Positions 1 to 13,320 are shown, counted from the first letter of the stretch. The stretch is 59,520 bases of DNA from Catajapyx aquilonaris (GCA_000934665.2 JYFJ02002309.1:1-59520); one strand, 5' to 3'. Numbers and translations: made by a program. The notes: generated by a model from the letters alone, not told the origin.

Positions 1-1552
1 TGCTGTCAGCTCGACAATAATGTGCCTCGACTCTAGGGAAGTTGTTAATATGATCTCTAACTTTCTGTTTACGAGCTGCAGAAATTTTGTCCCTTGTTGC
101 TTTCCCTCTTCTGTCTGGGGTAGGTGTGCCTGCCAAATTCTTATTCTTGTGCACATTGTATACAGGTTTTTGACTAATTCTCAATGTCGACAGATAAAAA
201 TCCTTGCACACCTGAACTCTGTCGTTTCCAATGAAGAATGAATATGTGAAGGAAAAAATCTTCTAGATGGTCCCTCTTTCGTGGTTCTTTTTTTTTCGGA
301 GCGCTCAGTTGTCTTTAGTAAATAATGATATTTCTCATTTTGACTGAGTCCATAGTAAGCATTTCTAACGGCTTCTCGCTCATCAGGGAACACGTGTGTG
401 GCACATTTATATCTGCACAAAACTTTACAGTCTTTCACTGTTTTTACCCGCTTTTCCTGAACAAGCTTTCCCCGTTTACTGATATATTGCTTCCCAGATT
501 GGTAATTTTCATGTCTTATCTGGGCTTTCGACATGTCCGGGTGGCGCATCCGTCTCCTCGTTCTACGTCGTTGCTTCATAGGTGTTGACGGCTCGGAGTT
601 CTCGCTTTCAGATGTGCTGTATGGCACTAGGCTGAACCTGCTGGGATGCAATAATTATATTACTAATTTTATGGTAGAATTATTACAATTCAGACTATTA
701 GATTGCTATACTCTTACTTGTTCTTAATAGTGCAGTCGTCCACAGGAGGTGTGATAGATGAGCGTGGCTCACTTAAATTGACGCCTTTGTCTTCAAGCAT
801 CACTTTTGGAGGGCTGACATCATCTTGCGATGATGTCGTTGGCCTAACGTGGTTAGGAGAGTTCGGAATGAGTGCTATTATAATAACTTGAAATTAAAGC
901 TTATTGCTTATGATGATACAGAATCTACAACAACAACTTACACGTCCAAATCATCAGAACCCCCGTCATCATCACGTCCTTCCTCAACGTTTGTTGGTAC
1001 TGACGTACTTGGAGTAGTAGCAGAGAAAAGCCTGAAATTATTGCATCAGCCGTAAGGTAATGTAGGGTCTCGTGCTTCTGCAACAATAATAGGCCTAGGC
1101 CTACGGAAAACGCATGCTTACTTACCGTCTCCGGCATGGTGGAGGCCGAGCGTCACCCTCTGAGGGTGATGAATCCATCTCGTCTGAACTAGGTTGGTAT
1201 TCAGAACCAGAATCAGTCAAGTCATCACTAGAAACAGCAGCTGTCTCTGACTCTGTGGCAGCCGACATTTTTCTCCTACGGGCTAGGCCCAGGCGAGATC
1301 GTAGACGCGCTGTAATTGGCTTACGCGTAAGAGAGCAAGCTTGTCATTGGTGCCAAGATAGGACCTTGTCATTCTGACTTTATTTGGGGATGTGCAGTTA
1401 GAACTCCGGCCTTTTGATAATTTCATATTCAGTAGTGAGAAAATAGCTACCACTTCATTATCACTGAAAGATTATGTCACATAGAACCCCTGTATACCAA
1501 TAAGTCTATTTACGAAAATGTCAGATAGAACCTTGTCTTTCTGAGCCCGCGT
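1..1552 (-). mobile_element. 5' part of a Sola1-like DNA transposon; frameshifted transposase N-terminus (ORF 181-651, continues beyond window start)
   Basis: GKQYISKRGKLV..KDCKVLCRYKC..EREAVRNAYYGLSQNEKYHYL, continuing after a frameshift as VQVCKDFYLSTLRISQK, is the typical N-terminus of Sola1/DUF7869-type transposases. Intron-like upstream segments and a repeated GACAAGG motif lie near 1360 and 1535. Confidence 0.6.
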
Positions 1553-2728
1553 ATTGTTTTTCCAACAGTCACCAAAAGAAAAGATTTTTATTACCATACA
1601 TGTCTGAACCCGGAACCCATTATCTGAATGTCCTGGTCCCAGTTTTCCGGGAGGATTACCACCACTCTCCCAGCGCCCCGTAGATTTATGGCGACATGAT
1701 GTTGCGGACAACGTACCACTTCAACCCTTGTTGTACCGTGTAGTTGTATGGGTGGGAAGGTCCGTTGATGGTCCTCTTCCTCCCGGTTGAACAGGGTATA
1801 GGTGAAAGTTGGGATAATGCGGTAGGGTGGTCTTTGGATCCAGCCAAGTTGCGAAGCCCTCGGTGAAACCCATCCTCCAGCGGCTACATCTCCGGTAGAG
1901 GCATGATGAACTAGTTCGTCCGGTGTCTCCACACGTCCAGTAGCTGCTGATGTTCCAGTCCATTGTCGAGATCCCGGTGAGACCCATCCTCCAACAGCTT
2001 CATTTCCAATGGAGGCATGATGAACTGGTGTAGGTGGACGAACATCCTCGAGCGTCTGCTCAGTAGCTGATGTTGTATCCATTGTTACCTTCTTACCGAA
2101 TGCGGGCAAAACGATTCCGTCCTTATATAACATCTTGCTTCTTCCTATCATAAATACACATACTGCACCTGTTCTCTTCACTGAAGCGAATCCAACAGGT
2201 GACACATTTGTAACATGCTACTCTGAAAAAAATATATTGGATCGATAGAGTTAGAATTCCTAAATCACAATACCAGAGTTTATTCAGAATCAGAATAATC
2301 AGATGTAGATTCCCAGAGTCCCAAATCACAATTACAATACAAAATAATACGAAAACAGTGTGTGCAGAATTTCTTCTCAAGTTTTGAAGTACTTGTACAT
2401 GAACGACTGCAAGGGAGAGTGTAAAGGAAATCAAAAGTTTTATATGCGAGAAGATGGGGGAGGTATAATATAATTTGATAATTTTCACTCTCAGGCATCA
2501 TAATTATACGTTTTAAGTCGGTTATGAAGATGACACGATAAACAGACTTCAACTGAAGTATTGATGATAACAGGGAGCTGAAAATAATAAGAAAAAAACA
2601 AAGGTTCCGATCACATTTCTTTTAATTAGAAATGAGTTTTACAGCAAGAGAGCTTGTTTAGCTGAATCCTCGATTGATTTTAGCGCTTTCAGCATTTGCG
2701 GTAAGGAACGCAAGGTAAACCAACCCCC
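1552..2728 (-). repeat. ~1.18-kb near-identical duplicate of 13477-14650 (Maverick-like accessory arm: PC4 3' end, Cys/acidic-tail ORF, HHAS-repeat ORF)
   Basis: Direct base-by-base similarity. ORFs 1591-2205/2280-2552 match 13512-14036/14206-14523. The ORF has two internal repeats, VHHAS(I/T)G(N/D)xAxGGWVSP. Confidence 0.9.
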
Positions 2729-3239
2729 AGTGGTGTAAGGGCGGTGGGTTCCAGGCCACTTTGACAGGTCGGGTACTGAGCCATTGTGATTGATTGACAG
2801 GTCATTGTTTTAAGGTGATTGAATGACAGGTGAGTGACAGGCGATTGTCTTTATTTCGGTACAAGGTTGGTGACCCAAATATTGGTGCATTTTTTACACA
2901 GAGAGGCCAGCTCATCCCCAAATATGCATGCCATTATGACACCTCAAGGATTGTTGCCCTGTTCTCTTGCATCCCAAGGCTGGTGAAGGAGGTCGCATTT
3001 ACATGCACTCGAGGTTCCAGAGGTTTTGTTTGTGTCCTCCCCCCTCATTCACCCACACACAATAGGCGAGGTAGATACTTTTTAGGGCGGGAGAGGGAGG
3101 AGGCGGGCAATGGAGGGAGCAAGCTATGGAAGGCATCGGCCATCCGTCACATGCATTGTTGATATGCGTAGGTGGACCGTATACACATGCCATTGTCACC
3201 ATTGTTGTCACCACGAGAAAAACAATAGGATCGGTTGAG

Positions 3240-3909
3240 TAGAGAGCAGGGGAGTAAGGCGGTGGGTCTGGTTGAAAGGGGGGAGCAATGGGGAGTGGTT
3301 GATGTCTCACAAAACATTTTTTCAAGGTGTTGTTCGCAAGATTTCTAAATAAATCACGGTAGGCAATCATATCAAGAGAAAGCCCCTGGGCACTTCGAAG
3401 CTGATGAATCATGTGGAAAACACGTGATCCTCTATACCAGCCATCTTGAGTCAAACGAGACATGAGTGGCACCTGTTCACAAAGGTCAACGGAGGCACCA
3501 GCCAATTCACAAAGCTCTCGTTCCAGGCGAAACAGCCGAGGGGAAGAAATCTTTTTTGCTATACTCAATCATCTAAAAGGAACGATTTGATTAGCATCGG
3601 AAAATGTTTCGTGATGATGCCGCTTACCATTCCAGGTTGAATGTCTGGCTCTTCCGGCTCCTGAGTGGATTCGAGCCACGAAATTCCACTCTCAATTTCC
3701 AAACATGTCTTTTTTTGCACTCTACAAGTGCTTGCAAAGTATGGATAAGCAAAATAGTTGTATGTGTGCGCCGTTCCAGGGGGAATTAATTCAGGCGATG
3801 ATAAAATTTCATGTCGATTTTGCCACACGCCGAGCGTTTTTTCGGTTTTATATAATTTGAAACACTTATGAGGCTCTACACCAACATAAACAGTTACCTG
3901 CACAGCCAT
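3240..3909 (-). CDS. Orphan 'GVEPH/YRDLF' gene, copy 1 (element-associated, unknown function)
   Basis: MAVQVTVYVGVEPHKCFKL..GVWQNRHEIL followed by ..GWY..QLRSAQGLSLDMIAYRDLFRNLANNTLKKCF. Homologous copies lie at 6720-6872, 15821-15861 and 17503-18121. Confidence 0.6.
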
Positions 3910-3953
3910 CCCTCCAAAACTACTGAAAACTATAGTGTGCGGAGTAAGATATA

Positions 3954-5100
3954 TCAGGATAAAAAAAGGGTTGGAAACAAAAATTTACTGTCCGTGCCGG
4001 GGTGAAAAAAGTACAAGGTCATGGATGGATTATAAGTCAAATGTGATGCAAGACTCGCAAACAAATGCCCTTCGAAGGGATTTTCATTAAATAAATTTAC
4101 GTCTTTTAATGGGTCATTATATTTACATAAATAATCGTTTGTTTTTCTCAAAGTAACTCAAAAACCGGTGCACGCATCAAATAAAAAAAATAATAAGGCA
4201 ACGAACGTTCATGGAAATAATGGAAGAAATTCGCAACCATTGAATAGAGCATCAGTGACCCAATCTGTTTCACTGCTCTCATCCTCGGAGGACCAAGATT
4301 CCTCGTCAGACAATCTCCTTCCCCATCCTAATATAACTTCCCAATTAAAGGTGGGAAACTCACCTCCGAAATAATAACGGTTCACATTGAACAAGTTGGG
4401 CAACTCATCCCCCGAAAAACCTTCCACAACGTCCATAGCGGTATTTAAAAATAATTTTTTTAAATTCGGATCCATCGAAATGGTCCATGACCAAGTCGAT
4501 GGGTACCGGTGGCCAATCTATTTCGCTATGTTCAATGCTATCGTCAGAGGTAGAAGATTCCTCGTCAGACCATCTCATTATCAGTCTTGTTATATACACC
4601 CAATTTAAGTATGGAAACCTACCTTCGAAACAATATCGATTCACATTAAACAAGTTTGGCAATTTATCCCCGAAAAAGCGCTCGACAACATCCATAGTGG
4701 AATCTAAATAAAAAATGTTTTTTTAGGAAAGCACAAAAACCAAGGCAAAAAATACTTACATGAGTCCAAATAGAGGCTTCTAATTAAATAAATTCCTAAA
4801 TTCGCACCCATCGAAATGAATCTCAATGAAGTCGATGGGAACCAGAGGCCAATCTATCTCACTAAGTTCAATGCTGTCGTCATCGGAAAAAGTTTTCTCG
4901 TCAGAGTCATGACGTCCAAATGTTTTGCCGAATATAACCTCCCAATTAAAGTTTGGATATTCCCCATTAAAATAAAACCGATTCAAATTGAACAAGTAGG
5001 GTAATTCATCCCCGAAAAAAGCTCGACAACGTCCATAGTGGAATCTTAAAAAAATGGTTTTAGGGAAGCACAAAAACCAAGGCAAAAATACTTACATGAA
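3954..5100 (-). repeat. Tandemly triplicated 'NLF' orphan gene units (FxGDELPNLFN...FDGCEF)
   Basis: ORFs 4209-4475, 4405-4695 and 4780-5085 share MDVVExFxGD(E/K)LPNLFNVNRY..FPxxNW..IDWPxVPID..FDG(C/S)EF. The same 5' intron (cat|gtaagt...ag|ATTCCACTATG) recurs at ~4710, ~5050 and ~8530. Confidence 0.7.
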
Positions 5101-5270
5101 TGTGAGAAGCAGAGCTGAAGACGGCAAACTCTAGAGGGCGAATGGGCTTAAATAGCAAACGGTAAAGAAAAGAGTAGGGCTAAAACAATGTCCGGTGCTC
5201 TGTCTAGGGTTGGTAACAGGATGAGCTTGACAAGGTCAAGGTTAGGCCGTTACCACCCTAGGTATACTAC

Positions 5271-5564
5271 TTATTTCTTACCTTTGGAGGTGTTGGTGTG
5301 GCGCAGTGTGGCTTCTATCAGGCACCTTCCAATGTTATAATTTGGCACAAAACCGGCGGTAAATGGAATGCCAGATATGTGATCCCGCTTATGTAAATTT
5401 GCGTGCAAAATCTCATTATTCCAGTGTCCAGTAGGGGAACGGAAGATCCAGTGGTTTGTCTCTGCAGGGTATGTTCCTATCGTCAGGGTAGCAGCTTCCT
5501 TCGGAAATAGGACTCCATCTGCATTCTGGTAACAATGGCTGGCAATGATTACACCCGGTTCCAT
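5271..5564 (-). pseudogene. Maverick-type DEDD/DnaQ-like protein, 3'-truncated copy
   Basis: MEPGVIIASHCYQNADGVLFPKEAATL..NHWIFRSP..SGIPFTAGFVPNY fits the insect Polinton exonuclease-like family pattern (..F.PKE.A...H.LF..GI.W/F..G..PY). Homologs at 10872, 32130/35068 and 41700. Confidence 0.55.
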
Positions 5565-5745
5565 GCTGGGAGACTGTTGACCGAAAACACCCCTTCCATA
5601 GATATATGTTTGCGATTTGTGCGCACGCACTCATAAATGCTTTCTACCCGGAAAGGTTGCAGGATAGAATAATGGAACAAGTCCCTATCGAAGTCGATTT
5701 ATTGCAAACAACTGCTCTTCTGCTACTCACAATGGGGGCCGTTAA

Positions 5746-6468
5746 TCAATATTTTTGTTCACCCGGAACACGTGAAATTATAGGTAGTGGGGCCTGTATA
5801 GGGATCTTATACTCACGCTTTTTCTCTTTTTTACTCATGCTCCTGATCTTAAATTGGAGCCCAGACAGTTCCAACCACTATTCTTCGGCCTGGGACATTT
5901 CACACAGAAACTAATTGGTAGTCCTATACATGGAGCGTCGGCCCACATAAACTTGTGGGCGTGAGAGAGCATAACACAATGTTGCAGAGAGCCTGTATTT
6001 GAGGGTTGAGTTTTTCCCCATCCATGGTATTTTAAGGCCTGCTTATTTGTTTCCAACACATAGGCCCCTTCGTGTCCGATATCATATGCTCCAATGTATA
6101 AATGCGTAGGAAAATCTTCTGAAAATATAAAGTGTAAGCATCGCATACATTACAAAGCATGAGGCACTTACTTTGCACCAAATAATTTACTATTTCTCGA
6201 TGTTCATCTGCAGAGTCGATCATCGCCAAATGAGAATTCATGTTTGCACATATCTCCGAGGCTTGGAACCAGTTGGCAACATGTGTTGCAGACGTGTAAT
6301 AGCATCCCGATCCAATGCTCGTAAATGGAGATCTACACTCTTGCGCTGGAAAAAAAATGTTGAACCCCTCACCAACACAAATTGTTCGTACTTACATTTC
6401 ACGGTTTGAAGCAAGAGAAGAGCAGTTGTAAAGAGTAGCAACATTTTCGTATTGTTGGTGAACTTCAT
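5746..6468 (-). pseudogene. Secreted C-type lectin domain gene, copy 1 (spliced, frameshifted)
   Basis: Signal peptide MLLLFTTALLLLQTVKC, then C..MNSHLAMIDSADEH, LYIGAYDIGHEGAYV, WGKTQPSN..HCV..WADAPC. GT-AG intron at ~6120-6171. Confidence 0.8.
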
Positions 6469-7029
6469 TCTCGCCTTCTCCTTTATGTGCTCAGTTCACG
6501 CTTGCTTGCCCATAATCCCGGATGATTTTACGCCCACCCAAATGCAAATATGCTGCCTCGTGCAGCTGTTTTAGGATCCTATTATGCATTTGTAATACAA
6601 GGTTTTTTCCTGGCACTTGTGTCAGTAGTTGTCCCCTCCACCTGTGCCAATTTCTCTGCAATACATTGTTTGTCCTGACACAGGCATTGCTGTGCCAATT
6701 TGCATATGCGCCAATTGACCTGTAAGTGTGCGTAGTCCCAGGGGGAATTAATCCGGGCTCTGCTAGAATTTCGTGTCGATTTCTCTAAACGCCGATTGAT
6801 TTTTCGGTCTTGAATAATTTGGAACAAGTGTGAGGTTCTACACCCAAATACACGGTTACTTGCAGAGCCATGTCTCCAAACTAGGTGAAACTATGGCATG
6901 TGAAGGAAGATATATCAAAATGGGGTTGGAACTAATGAAACTACGAGGAGGAAAAAATTTCACTGACCATGACGGCGCGAGACGGAAATAGTGTGAAAAA
7001 GAGGATCTATACGCCTGATTGAAAATCGC

Positions 7030-8112
7030 AACCACTGGTAGTCGAACAATACTTCGGATTGAAGTTTCCGGCCTTTTGTTCCAGACTAACTGTCATCAGC
7101 GACTATCCTAAGCAAGTGAAACCAGACACAGGGGTGTCCAATTTACTTGTTTCGCGCCTGACTTACGCCTGACAACGTCCTACTAACAACTTTGTCACCT
7201 ACCAAAGGGACAAATGATTAGCACTGAGACACCTTAGTTCGGATTCCGTTCTCCCTCTGTACTCTCAGACCATGTGGGCCCCATTTGACCTCCACCATGT
7301 TATAAGGCTAACTGCAAACCAGTTAAGGTTTAGGGCGTAAACCGCTAGTCTTATTCAGGTAGGACCTGAGCAGGTTCCTACCCGTGCGAACCTTCGAATC
7401 TACCCACGATGGTGAGAGCTCCTTGGGAGAACAACCAAAACGGACACAGGGTTTCAGACTGTCACAGTTTATTATCGGGTAATCACATGCATACCAGTTG
7501 CAGGGTTACTCTGGTGTAGACATCTCACCCATAGCCTTCTTGTTCTGGCGTCTCGTCTGGAGATGACCCTCCTGGCTGTGGATGAAGCGCGATGATAGTC
7601 GCCTCTGGGGTTGGTTAGGACCCTGGTCGTCAGAGTCTGGCTTCTCTCGTCTTCAAACTTAGGATTACTAACAACTCTCGTACTGAGAGCCACGCTCAGA
7701 AGGAAAGCCCCCGTTCATAGCAATTCATCCGTATTTATGGATTCGAGGCCGACAGTTAACGACGTTAGAATCCTGGGGCAATCACCCTTCAGGATTCACA
7801 TGACTTTACGTACAAGTACAGGACGTGTGGTTTAGGAAAGAGTGTTTCACCATACTCAGGGTTCATACGGTACACTGACTAATTAGGGAAACCAGAATGA
7901 TGATGTCATCATTCTTATTGGGCTTCAGTGCGGTTATGACTAAAAGGTCTTAAATCCGCACTGCGTTGAAATGAGTGACTCGGCCCAGGAAGTGGTGGAG
8001 CTTATGCTACCACAAGTTCCCCAAAAATAGTGTAAACACAGTGACCTTTCAGCTTGACGTTGAAACAACGTAAAATGCCGAAAATACCATGAATTTAGCC
8101 ATATTCGTAACA
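7030..8112 (-). mobile_element. 5' LTR (~7298-8112) plus PBS and leader of a Gypsy-like retrotransposon, truncated
   Basis: On the minus strand TGTTAC...ATAACA is immediately followed by PBS-like TGGTGGAGG (7297-7289). Internal AATAAA at ~7470. It is preceded by ATAT, the target seen for other LTRs here, and it interrupts an NLF-GVEPH cassette. Confidence 0.55.
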
Positions 8113-8546
8113 ATATGCCCAATGTGGTGCAATGTCCTCAAATTAAAAAAAAAAAGCAAATAATGTCCCTCAACGGGATTTTCATTAAATAGATTAACCA
8201 GATCATCCTCACGCAAGACGCTAAATTCACATAAATAATCATCCTCCTCTTGACAATCGTTATCGATATAGAAGTATCTCCACAAACCAGAGCACGCATC
8301 TATGTCTAAATAATGATATGGCAGAGGCCTCTCATTAAACAAATTTCTAAATTCGCAACCATCGAATTGGGCCTCGATGACGTCGGAGGGAATCCGTCGC
8401 CAATCAATTCCGTCATTTTCAACTCGGTCGTCGTACCAAGTTTCCAACCTCCATCCTGACATAGGTTCATGATCAAATAAGTTTGGAAATTCGTCACCGA
8501 AAAAGCGCTCAACAGGGTCATAGTGGAATCTAAAAAAAAAAAGCAC
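8113..8546 (-). CDS. 'NLF' orphan gene copy, cut by an LTR
   Basis: VERFFGDEFPNLFD..IDWRRIPSDVIEAQFDGCEFRNLFNERPLP..GLWRY..LVNLFNENPVEGHY. Promoter and 5' intron are similar to 5040-5190. Confidence 0.65.
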
Positions 8547-9518
8547 AAAAACCCAAGCAAAAAATACTTACATGCCTGTGAGAAGCAGAGCTGAAGAGGG
8601 CAAACTCTAGAGGGTGAATGAGAATAAATAGCAAACGGCAAAGAAAAGAGTGGAGGAAAGAACAATATCCCGGATAGCTTCCAAAAAAATTTACAATAAG
8701 CGCAAGTGCATGTGCTAAGACAAACAATGTATATCGCGTACGTCAATGGTATAGGCCTCGCGGGGTGACACTTGGAGACAAAGGAAAACGTTGCATTGGG
8801 TGCACTTTGTACGTGAAAAAAATTGCATCCTTTTTTCTTGCATCTTGGCACATTACTCCACGCTCAAACTTCACCACCTCTGGAAAGTGCTTGCCCAGAA
8901 GAAATTCCCTTTGATTTGTAGAAAATGCTATTGTTTGATAGAGTTCGTCGTCAAAGTATTTGCTGAAATATGTGTAGGCTTCTCCGATGTTTTGAGCAAA
9001 CCCCACAACAACATCTTGAGGCCCAGCAAACACCGCTGGGTTAAAGCTGATGGCATATGACACATTTTCAATGAAATTAATCACATATGACTGACGAATA
9101 ATCTTACGGACCTTTGTGCTGCTCTCCCTCAATATCCGAATCATCACCGTCAATAGAGCCAGGATAGCATCGGGATCCAAAGTTCCTCCCATAACCTGGA
9201 TAAACAAGATTGGCAAATCACGCGAGCATGATTCGATGACTCTTTCTCATTTGACAACTAGTCCTCTCTGTGCCATCAGAAGTTGGATAACAATGCACTG
9301 ACCTCACTCGGGCACGCTCGACAGAGAGCACGCCTGTGCCTGGAAATTGCTGCCAGCATTTTTAAACAACAACAATAACTTGTGTTCTGGCCAGGTTGCC
9401 CCCTTCCTTTATTTCGCGACAATAACTTTGTTCAGTTTAAATGATGCATTCCTTGGCTTATGATGAGCCCGCTTTGACGGGAATATTACCACTTAATAAT
9501 ACGAAAACCTCTGACAAA

Positions 9519-10175
9519 GGCGCTGTGTTGCACAACTCCAGTGCAAGGATGAGTGGGACATTATACGTGAGCATCATTTAGCTCCCTACTCATCCTCGCA
9601 GCGTGCAACTCCAGCATCATCTTCATCTTGGCTTGGTGGAGCTCGAGGGCCATCCTCCTCTTAGCTTCTACCAGACGCATCTTTGCCTCATGCAGCTCCA
9701 GCTCTCGGTTTTGCGGGTTTTCTGTAATCAGATATTGTTTATGCTCTTGACTTAATTACATCGACATACGTCGACATACGTTGCCATGCACTATATCATT
9801 TTCCCCTATTTCATTCATTTTGAAATTAAGTGATGTAGAACATGATTCATGCATTCATTGCATATGGTTATATAAATATCATGGAACATCATTGAGTAAT
9901 ATGGCTCTATAATTATGGTGGTTGAGAAACTATATAAATTCAATTATGTCATTCACGTGAGTTAGAATGTAATAGTTTCTTTTCACAATAGGCATTTGAG
10001 AAATTGAAAATTGATTACCTTCGCGAGTAGATGTAGATGGGTGTGTAAATCGGTGCACCCGTAGTTCATTCGCTGTTAGGAAGAATTGGGTGCACCCATC
10101 CCAAAGATAGACCGGTGTAAACACCGATCGTTCGGCTCTTGGTTGAACAGTATTGCTCATCCCGCGCTCGGGAGG
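9519..10175 (-). repeat. C2H2 zinc-finger exon plus downstream exon, diverged duplicate of 19787-20352
   Basis: YL(C/W)DGCTQFFxTANELRVHRFTH followed by a GT intron in both copies; obvious nucleotide similarity. Confidence 0.75.
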
Positions 10176-10280
10176 AGGCTCAGCCGCCCCCTCCAGGTTG
10201 TCTTCCATCAGCATAGGCCGCAATAACTGAGGCCCCTCCAGGCCGTCTGTCCTCTCGCCCTCCAGGTCGCTCGGGTCCAG

Positions 10281-10560
10281 CTACTTCTCCCTCGGAATGA
10301 AATGAGAGTCATAACGGGTCCAATTATGGAAAAATACAGGCACCTTATCGTCCAATTGATATGCCACATTACATTTCTGATGAGCCACGCCCCTGTCTTC
10401 GCCGGTAACATGACAATGATCTTTGACTATGACGTCATCAGGTAGGAATGGCTCCTCACAAATGTGGCAGGTCGAATTGGCCACTGTGTCATATGCCGGT
10501 CTTTTTCTAAAGGCTTGTGCTTGCCTTTTATTATAAAACACTTCTATATGATTTCTAATA
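10281..10560 (-). pseudogene. pPolB fragment (endonuclease VII zinc domain to exonuclease II motif)
   Basis: [45 protein letters not shown] matches 39530-39710. Confidence 0.85.
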
Positions 10561-10871
10561 CACTGTGATACTTATGTCTCTGGTCGCTCCTGTTAACTAT
10601 GGTTTCCGGTCAGGAAGGTTCTTCCATCCGGCCATCTTGTAATGACCTCGACGTCCTCGGCTCTCCTAGGATCGCCTCCTCAAGTCTTCTTGCTTCGGTC
10701 CCTCTCGTGTTGTCTCTCTTCAAACTCCGGCCTCAAAAAACTCTCCCTTCAACTGTGTCTTCTTCCCTATATCTGAGAGTGACCGACCACAACCTAAGGG
10801 CGTGTCTCTTCCCGGGGCTCTCTGACTTGGCGTTAAAAGCCACGAAGTGGAGTACCCATTCCCTTATTTTC

Positions 10872-11087
10872 TTAACCAGCAGCAAAAGGGATCCCACTTA
10901 TGGTATTGCGCATGTCTACATTATGTCGGTATATTTCTGGAGGCCATTGAGTTTTATCCGATTCGAATAAAAAGTGATTGAAGTTAACCATTGCCTGATT
11001 AACTGACACTGTTGTAATTTCCTTCGGATAAATATGGCCAAGTCCATCTTGATAGCAGTGAGAGTCGACAAGTACTCCAGCCAACAC
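10872..11087 (-). pseudogene. Maverick-type DEDD-like protein, truncated copy
   Basis: GVLVDSHCYQDGLGHIYPKEITT..NHFLF..SGIPFAAG. Confidence 0.55.
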
Positions 11088-11449
11088 CTCGAATGTGAAT
11101 GAATGCTTCAGAGTAATACTCGATTAAAGTGAGCGTTACCCGCTACCGTTAGAATGTCCATGAAGTAATAGACCATTAAGTGAGCGTTCGTTAAGTGAAA
11201 TTAATTACCAGTGAGGTCATGAAGTGACCGTTGCAAGAGCCGAAAAGTGACCGTTACATGTGACCATTAATTACTGTTAAGTGATAACAATGAAGCGACC
11301 GTTAAGTGAAATAATTAATGTTAAGTGGTAACAATTAAGCGCGCGTTAAGTGAGACCTGTGAGATCAATGACCGATTCCAGGAAAATAATAGTCGACAAT
11401 ATTTTTTATTCTGGCTTTATTAAACCAAGGAATGATGACATTTGCTTCA

Positions 11450-12154
11450 ATATGTCAATGTCTGATGGCATGTCTGTCTTGTTATTTACTACTTCAATTA
11501 TGTGTGACAAGTAATGTACTATGGCATCTACATAGATCTTGGGGGTAGCATCTTCATTCTCCACAGGTAAAGCTAGTCGAGTAATTCGTTGGTTCTTGGC
11601 TATGAAGTTTTTTCCTCTTCTTGAGGTGCAGGTTTTCTCGTTCCTTCAAATATGAGTGTCACTACATCGTCATCAAACACTGGCATTTGCAATTTGATAA
11701 TGCGCTTATTTCGAGCATGAAATGTTTCATCATCATCACCTGTCAAACACTTTTTATGGACATACTCTTTCGAAACAGCATCCCAATCTGTTTCTGCCAT
11801 TCGCAAACCAGTTAAAACTTGATTCTTCACTTGAAATGCTCCACCATGTAACATAATGCTATTGGCTTCCCAGAATTGTAAATTGACTGCATCGGAATGT
11901 TTCTCAGGTGCGAAAAGGTTGCGTATTCGTCTGCCTCGCACATTAATGGGGCCACTAGTGGGAATAGAAACCACCTGACTTCCATCCATCGTTGCATGGC
12001 CATATTCCTCCAGATACGATCTGGTTACGACATCAGCATCGACAGGTGCACCCACATTCCTTAATCGCTCACCATTAAAATCGAACTCATCCCTGGGACG
12101 CTTGCCTGTACCCGTCCTATGTATTTTTCCAGCGGGTGTTCCGAATCTATCCAT
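11450..12154 (-). pseudogene. YadA-stalk/Hep_Hag-like repeat protein (putative Maverick fiber), frameshifted near 11640
   Basis: MDRFG start and five xxR(I/L)xx(V/L)xxP....D(A/V)xxxx(Y/F) repeats: GERLRNVGAPVDADVVTRSYL, GRRIRNLFAPEKHSDAVNLQF, NQVLTGLRMAETDWDAVSKEYV, NKRIIKLQMPVFDDDVVT, NQRITRLALPVENEDATPKIYV. It lies directly downstream of the protease. Confidence 0.65.
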
Positions 12155-13320
12155 ATTGACTTAATATATCCTCGTAAGAACGACCCTGACTCAAGTCGGA
12201 CAAGATCACTATGCACAGGTGACCACAGGAAGGGAGAGGGTCAACTGGACTTTGCGGTTGATTCGTATTGTAATAAATATTCCTGCACAGGTATCGATTT
12301 AACTCGAGAGGAGGGGTCGGATTTCCGATAGAATCGAAATATATTATCAGATTGTAGTTAATTTCAACCACAAAAAGGGGGTACTTAGCTCAGTAGCTTT
12401 AAATGTACCAAAAACCCAGTCGAGATCAACCAGAACGAAGCAGGTGGTAAAATCAGTGCATAGACAACTTCACATTCGGTATAAGCTTGTTTATTTAGGC
12501 GGTCATGTTTACAGAACAGACTCTAAGTGTAAACCCTAAAACTCCCATGGAAAAGTAGACACCTAGGCAAGTCAAGCACGTTACTTTGACCAGATGGAAA
12601 CAGCACTAATACTCACACCAAGTTGGGTTGGACATCCCGACACGTCCAGGACTGATGCTGGGTCGTCTTCGTTGGCTCTCGTTCCCCTCAGGACTCGACC
12701 CTTATGCCCTCGAAAAATAGGCTTTTATAGTGTCTCACCGCGTCATTCTGCTTATCGCGTCCCTTCGGAGAAGCCAGTGCCGTCAAATAAGGGTCACCTT
12801 GATTAGGCGTTTAATTCATAAGAAAAAGACTATTTTCAACTTGTGTCGCAATAGATATGGGCCTTGTACACGGGCGTTTCCACATAACTCGTGACGTCTG
12901 TGTGTAGGCGTACCGGACCTTTTTAGTCACGATCTTCTACTAATTGCAACTGCGTACTTGATGTCGAAATGGGAAATCCACTCTTGAAGGTCATCACTGA
13001 CGTTCATCGAAATTCCCCAATGAGTCACAATAAATCCCCTCTTTAAGCTGCATTGTTGCAGGGAGACCATACGCCCTCAGTTCGGGTATACACCGTGTTA
13101 TAGCCAAATATCTAACAATATTGCTGAACCATCATTCAATCGCTGGTAGCAGGTCCAGTGAGTGCCAGGACCAGACTCTTGAGTCCAGAATAATTACACC
13201 ACATTCCTATTTACGTGGACTGGAAGGCAATTTATCCTTCATAAATACACCACGGAATCGTTTTATTTTCAACCACTTAACCAGGTCAATAATATCCAAG
13301 TTCGTGAGTGGTTTTATATT
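12147..13320 (-). pseudogene. Adenain-like (Maverick PRO) cysteine protease split by a solo LTR
   Basis: PLTNLDII..LKIKRFRGVFMKDKLP..*ECGVIILDS / GPGTHWTCYQRLNDGSA|IYFDSIGNPTPPLE..Q..CGHLC. His/Asp/Cys triad motifs are present, and removing the LTR plus one ATAT restores the frame. Confidence 0.8.
12345..13117 (-). mobile_element. Solo LTR (773 bp) with ATAT target-site duplication
   Basis: ATAT at 12341-12344 and 13118-13121. Minus-strand termini TGTTAGAT...ATCTGATA, internal AATAAA, and precise interruption of the protease. Confidence 0.7.

Noticed and set aside
10563..10870. Additional LTR between pPolB and DEDD-like fragments
   Set aside because: It has a TGTGA end and LTR-like composition but no second terminus, TSD or PBS, so it cannot be supported.
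11100..11375. CRISPR-like array
   Set aside because: Repeats are short, degenerate and irregular with no unique constant-length spacers; eukaryotic context and no cas genes.
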